From the NCBI RefSeq assembly GCF_009914755.1, contig NC_060938.1: a stretch of 64,000 nucleotides of DNA. One strand, written 5' to 3'. This DNA comes from the human T2T-CHM13v2.0 reference genome, Homo sapiens. Position numbers and translations under genes: made by a program. Position 1 is the stretch's first letter, and each line of letters starts with the position of its first letter. Under the pieces are notes generated by a model. The model was not told where the DNA came from. It worked only from the letters and a program-made list of their open reading frames with translations, and did not search any database. This document shows, one piece after another, positions 56,802 through 64,000 of the stretch.

Positions 56802-58105
56802 ACATGCTACGCTATTTTAAAATTTAAAACAACTATTAAGTAATGTTGTTAATATAAATGAAAAAATGCTAGTGAAACTAGTGAATGCATCAGGCAAGTA
56901 TATTGATATGTTTACTCATAGTATATTTACTAATATTAATGATGTTTGAAAAACAGCGTAATTCCAATTGTGCCTGTGAAATTCTGACATCAGCCTTGCT
57001 CTCCATGAGTCTTTTCCTGCGCATCATGTGTGAATCACCAAATTGAAATATAAGATTGTTTAACATTCACTACATCAAAACAACTTCCTTTCAGATTCTG
57101 TTGTAACATTTCACTATTCCCTTCCTCTATGAAAAAATATTACAATGCTTAATATTCAAAGCACAAAAGAGGGTGTATACTTCATGCTGTTTGTTTTCAA
57201 TTTACACTTCACCATCACCTCAGCATATCCATGAACCTGTAAAACTGTTATTTTCAGCCATCTGGGAGAAAGTGTGAGTTCTTCTTGTAAAGTTGTTGCA
57301 TTCAAAAAACAAGAAACTTTCCTGTAAATAATAAATCTTAAGGGATTGCACTAAGAGAATAGTAGATAACTGATTTTCCTTAAGCTGTAGTTGAAAACTT
57401 CCCGAGATGAACCAATTGATTTGGATACATGCTAAGGGCTATTTGAAATTGATTTGTCCATTCACTTTTAAATTGCCCTCTATCTTCCTATGATACAGTA
57501 TTGCTGTGTGCCCACGATTTTGGCCAAATAGTAAAGATCTCTTTCCCCAGTAACACATTTTAGGCTGACTTTTCCCTCTATCTTCTACATTAAGTTAATA
57601 TTGTGTTTTCTAAATATATTTAATTAAAAATAATTAATAAGTAATTATTAGTAAACATGCACAGAGATGGATTTTTTGTTTTCACATAACTTTTCATTAA
57701 AATAATATTTATTATGCTGTACTATATTATACTTAGTTCTATATGTTTGTATCCTCTTAGCCGTATTAATAATGCAGAGAGAAGAATCCTTTGCAACTTT
57801 TCTGTAATTTTGAAATACAAAATAAGTCTTTATCTGTTCCTGGACTCCATACTAACTTCTACCAGTTTTAATATCAGTCTTGCCACATATAATTTTATTT
57901 TTAAATTATGTTTTGTCATCCTAATACATCTTTACTTTACCCTCTACTACTTCACAACAACACTGAAAGTTCAATGATAACCTCTACTCATACATTAGGT
58001 CACACCATCCCCTACTATTTTCATTGAAAATATAAGATGATGTATAAAGATATAGTTACAGATATAAATATATAGTGAATAATGCCATTTAAAAGTATAC
58101 ATATT

Positions 58106-58586
<481 letters not shown>

Positions 58587-58664
58587 GTGTACATATTTTC
58601 TGTTTTCTGGGTATATTTTTTACAGAGTTGAATTCTTTAGATATTCTAGGATCTGTAATACTGA

Positions 58665-59960
58665 GTACTTCTGTTTCTGGATATGGCAAAGGAGTTTGTA
58701 TTGGACCCAATCTTCTCTCCAAACATCCAAAAAGCTGTAAAAACAACAACAACAACAACAAACAGCAACAACAAAAAACAAACTTTAGACAAATTAAATT
58801 TAACAGAGTTCATTTGAGCTAGAAATGGTTTATGATCAGACCACACCCTGCCAATAGAGGTTTGGAGAGCTCCACCCAGTAAAATGAGTAGGCAGTATTT
58901 ATACACACAAAAAAGGAAGTAAGGTACAGAAATAGGTTGATTGGTTACAGCTTAGCATTTGTTTTGTATAGACATAGTCTGGTCAGTTGGATGCCTTTGA
59001 TTGGCAGAAGCTCAGCTGCTGTGATTGGCTGAACTCAGCAGTTTGTTACAAGAATATATTAAGTCAGGTGGCAACTTGTTTTCATACTGTTAGGAGGTAA
59101 TTTGCTATGTAAAAATGCAAAGTACAGAGGCAGCTTTAGACTAAATTTAATTTAATTTAATGCAACTAAAAAATGTACAACAAACAAACAAAACCCATAT
59201 ATTTGAAGGTATTAGAAGAACACCAAGGAAGTCTGAATTTGAGGAGCCAAAATACTTAGAAGGATTTTAGGAAGCACAGTGAGGTGAAGTTACCTCCTCT
59301 ATAACTTTCTGCTGAAAACATTTGATGATTTGCAGATATTAGCATTTAGGCTCAGCAGAAAGTAGCAACCTAGAGCATATTTTAGTCTCCTATGACTGGA
59401 GAGACCAAAAATTGAAACTTAGGAGTCAAGACCCTGGAGAAAAGAGACCAGGTATGTGAACCTATAATTCCATAAGATTTTGCTCCCGAAATGTTTGCTG
59501 AATCCTAAGGTTCCCAGAGGTAAGAAGCTGAGAAATCAAGCAGAAAGAAGTTGATAATTGCTAAAGAACTAAGCAGAATTTTTTTAGCAGTTTCATAATG
59601 CTGGACATTTAAAAATTGAAAATATGGTCTTGTCAAGAGTCAGGGGCCCTGGTTAATGATGCCCAGGCTTTCAATTGAGCCTGCTGAAGGATTATATCAT
59701 TTTAATAAGTGTAAACTGGAAATACGCTGGTGCTCAAAGTGATCTGTCCCAGCTCTAACCCAGAAGACACTCCATAAAAAGAGAATTATGCGTAACCACT
59801 ACAATTTTCCATGCACCATGTCTATCAGATAGTGCACAGTATGCCAGTAAAGAAAATCTAATACACACAAAACCAAGAGAAGAAGTAGCCAATAACAATA
59901 GATCTACAGGTAATTCGGGTATTGGATTTTTCAGACACAAACTTTAAAATAATGATGACT
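58665..59960 (+). mobile_element. Ancient L1M 5' region, split by an LTR
   Basis: acttctgtttctggatatggc start; later agatctacaggtaattcgggtattggatttttcagacacaaactttaaaataa (ORF1-start-like). Confidence 0.55.
58736..59162 (-). mobile_element. ERV1 solo LTR, MER57/MER93-like
   Basis: actttagacaaattaaatttaacagagtt...ggaagtaaggtacagaaatag...tgattggttacagct...gaggcagctttagactaaatttaatttaa. Confidence 0.8.
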
Positions 59961-60945
59961 AATTTTAATAACTGATTGATTTACCTGATTGGATATTCTA
60001 TTTGGAATAACGGGGGACGGATGAATTTACATATATTAATTTGTTACAAGATGTGAAACTCTTGATCATTTTTACTTGTGCTACAAAATTTTATCTTTGC
60101 ATTAATCTTCTAAGAGTTATCATTCATTTTTCTTTTATTAAAAAATGGGGAGATCAGGCTCAGAGAAGTTATATATGCCATATAACTTTAAAAATATACA
60201 ACATATCTAATTCCACCTACCACAAAGACAATACTTACTTTAAAGAGATTTTTGAAAGAAGAAATTGATAGCATTCCCAAGGATTCTATAACATGAAAAA
60301 GTAGATGAGTGTCACTCTGACAAGGAAATGAATCAGACTTAGCATAATCAATGAAACAAAATCTATTTTTTAGCATTTACAAATGGGATCATAATGGGCC
60401 AACAGAGATTGGATAGTCTAATTCTACCTGTGAGAGAATGAAAGTCTGTTTAAAGGAGATTCTCTTTCATTTCTCATAATGTTCATCTCTTCCTTCTACA
60501 CTGCAATCAGGCTAAAGAAAATGAGGTATTACCGAGATCTCTCTATATTAGCTCACAGAAACACACTCTGGGCAGAAACTCCCACAGCTGATTATCCCAA
60601 ATGAGGAACGTAGACTACTTCTGCCCCCCTACCCCTGGATCTGACTACATATTGGTTTTGTCCCCAGTTCTTCTATTTGGGGGATAAAATGAAATTACAG
60701 TTTCACATACTATATAACTACCATAGAGCTACCACATGAATACATTGTGAACCCACTTTTTGGCTGATTTGTTCAGAAGTGAGGACCTAGTCTTAGAAGG
60801 ACTGTCTATGACTTTGTAAATGAAATAAAAATAGAAATCCATTTCTTTGCAGCAAAATGGATGTTATGTTAACTCTAGAGTTTCTGGCAACCATTGTCTG
60901 CCACATAGTTTAATGAAAATATAAATAAACAAGGTTTCTAGGTAA

Positions 60946-61465
60946 TGACAAAACTCTAGCTACGCTTCTGCCTGTGAGCCCTCCTTTTGAGTAGACTTCT
61001 ACCTTGGCCTCTAAAGATTGAACAAACACTAACAGTTTCTCACAGTTCAAATTTGCAACATTAGGATGACCCTAGCCTTCCCCTTAATGTGACTGCCTGA
61101 GAAAACTCAAGGCTGCTGAAAAAACTTACTGTTTACTCCAGCCAATACTGAAAGATAAGGCCCCTATCTCCCAGTCATTTTGAGAGGAAAGAACCTAACT
61201 TTTATCACTGCAATTAACACATCCATTTAAGTTTCACATAGGCCAGTCCTCTTCTGCCTACATTTTGTAGTTTTTCACTTCCCTCCTTCTGTTGAGCTCC
61301 TGCTTGCTCCACCTCTCTGCTCCCTCATTCTCTCTTTAAAAGGCCCAATATCCTCTGAATAAATGGAAAATGAGTTCAGTTCACACTGGATTCTTTTCTC
61401 TATTGCAAAGGTAGATTAAAATCTGTCCTTACCATTTCAGTGTCTGGCTTTGTTTCTTTTTTATA
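60946..61465 (+). mobile_element. ERV1 solo LTR, MER31/MER67 family
   Basis: tgacaaaactct...tgagccctcc...ctgcctgagaaaactcaaggctgc...attaaaatctgtccttacca; 4-bp TSD gtaa (60942-60945, 61466-61469). Confidence 0.8.
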
Positions 61466-61807
61466 GTAATTACAATAAATACTTGTAGAGCTTCTGGCGA
61501 TCATATTATGCCATATGGATCCAGGAAAAGAAAAAAATTAAGGCTTCTAGATAATTAGAGTTAAGATTACTCTCTTGGAACAGAAAAGAATGGAGTTAGA
61601 AACAAGAACACTCCTTAGGTCTCTCACATAATTTTGGTCCTGTTCCTACAAACAACTCTTGATCTTGTTTCCCATGATATAGATCAGGATTCCTCCAATA
61701 ATTTTCCTTTTGTATGTTTTTCTAAGCAAGCCAGAGTTGATTCATAGACTTGAGCCAAAAGTCTTAATAATTAAAAATCATTGTAAAATTTTAAAATCAG
61801 AATTTTA

Positions 61808-62187
<380 letters not shown>

Positions 62188-63069
62188 CTACAATAGTAAT
62201 TTTACTGGTACAACAAATTTATTAAAAGTTTGCCTATAGTAATATATGCATGCAGTGTTAACATTATCAGGGTAGAAATCATATACATATTTTCATATAA
62301 AATTTCTTTAATGTTATTGAAATATTTAAACCATCAACTTTATTGTTTCAATCTTGTAACATTTCTTTCTGAATATCCTGTCCAAAAAGAAAGTTTTTGC
62401 CGAGATTTGCTTTACTTTCATATAATCTTTGGAGTGTTAGCAGTTTCATATGAGCTTATCAGAGTGTTATGAAAGTGAACTGTGGTCATAGTGTTAAAAA
62501 TTTTTTTGAGCTATTGCTTTATGCTACTTCAAAAGCACAAGAAAGAATGGTCTTAATAACAACAATGCCAAAGCAATACCAACAATATCAGTACAGGTGT
62601 GTGATTCCTAATCAAAGAAATCTCTTCACTGTGGATAAGGGTGAAAATGTAATTGGAATGTTTAGTTCAGGTAATATGAGGAATTCCCAGCAAAAGGAAT
62701 TGATTTAAGGTAGTGCCTATATAAGTCAAAAACTAAAGTCATCTTTCTGTATTCTTTTACCATCTGCCGTGAAATTGCATCAGTCTTTTTCAGGAAAAAA
62801 AAACTGGCACAAATAAATCTAAGTTCACTGGGAAAAAGAGTTTGTGTTTACGACAGTGCCCAGTGTGCTGGTATTGCTTAATAAATGTCAAATCTGATGG
62901 ATAATATTCATTTAGATGTTACATGGCTGCTTTATATTTCCCATTGCAAAGCTTTGAGTTGTAGACAGCGTTGTTAAATATCTTTATTCTAATCTAATTT
63001 CGCAATACCCAATTATGGTAGCTCACCATTTCAGCTAAAGTGTCTTGGGCTAGGAAAGCATCACACATT

Positions 63070-63200
63070 TTTTTTCATTTATGCGTACATGTATTTAACA
63101 AACATTTATTGAGACCTCTTAGGAGCCAGACATAAAGATGTATGAGAGACAATTTCCATCTTCAATAATATTCAAATCTAATTGAAGAAACAATTAAAAA
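63070..63200 (-). mobile_element. L2 3' end
   Basis: atttaacaaacatttattgagacct...gccagaca. Confidence 0.65.
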
Positions 63201-63617
63201 ATTAACTACGAGCCAATGAATTGATGTTACTTTGGAGCACACATTTTGTGCATTTACCTACTTTGGTTATATCCACCTTTAACACTATGACTTTTTATTT
63301 TTTTATTTTAGAATTTTTTCTCCATATTTTATCTCCTGTTACATCATGCTCTGTGGGTCATATCAAAATCCTGTTTTGGAACAATTTGGAAAATGGTAAA
63401 TACAAATTGGATTAACAAATGGACAAATAAAGAATAATTTACCACATGTAATTATGGCTATTAACGTGCTATGAGTGAAAAGAGGAAGCAATTCATTCTG
63501 TGTATTATAACTGAGGAAACTACATGAATAAATGGTTTTTGAGATATATTGAAGAACAAGTACAATACCAAGTTACTTAAATAAATTGATAACCAAAATA
63601 AAACTACCAGATTTTTA

Positions 63618-64000
<383 letters not shown>

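Overview
AT-rich, CpG-poor primate (most likely human) non-coding DNA, intergenic or deep intronic. I find no credible protein-coding gene, RNA gene, CpG island or prokaryotic-type system. The listed ORFs are Alu, LTR, microsatellite or random AT-rich frames. The window is a mosaic of interspersed repeats: about 20 Alus or Alu fragments (J, S and Y types, one near-consensus AluY), old L1M fragments, L2, MIR, solo LTRs (MST, MLT1, MLT2, THE1, MER41A, MER57, MER34-like, MER31/67-like, LTR33-like) and DNA transposon relics (piggyBac-type MER75, Tigger-type MER44). The most interesting signals are structural. They are a pre-miRNA-sized hairpin, a fold-back inverted duplication inside an MLT2 LTR, two short templated insertions, a tandem duplication carrying an Alu, a trimeric AluSq/AluY recombinant, an AluY-age deletion scar, a triple-nested insertion and a candidate recursive splice site. 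Subfamily names come from recalled consensus sequences and need RepeatMasker/Dfam confirmation. Boundaries of old elements are approximate. I could not identify the locus.
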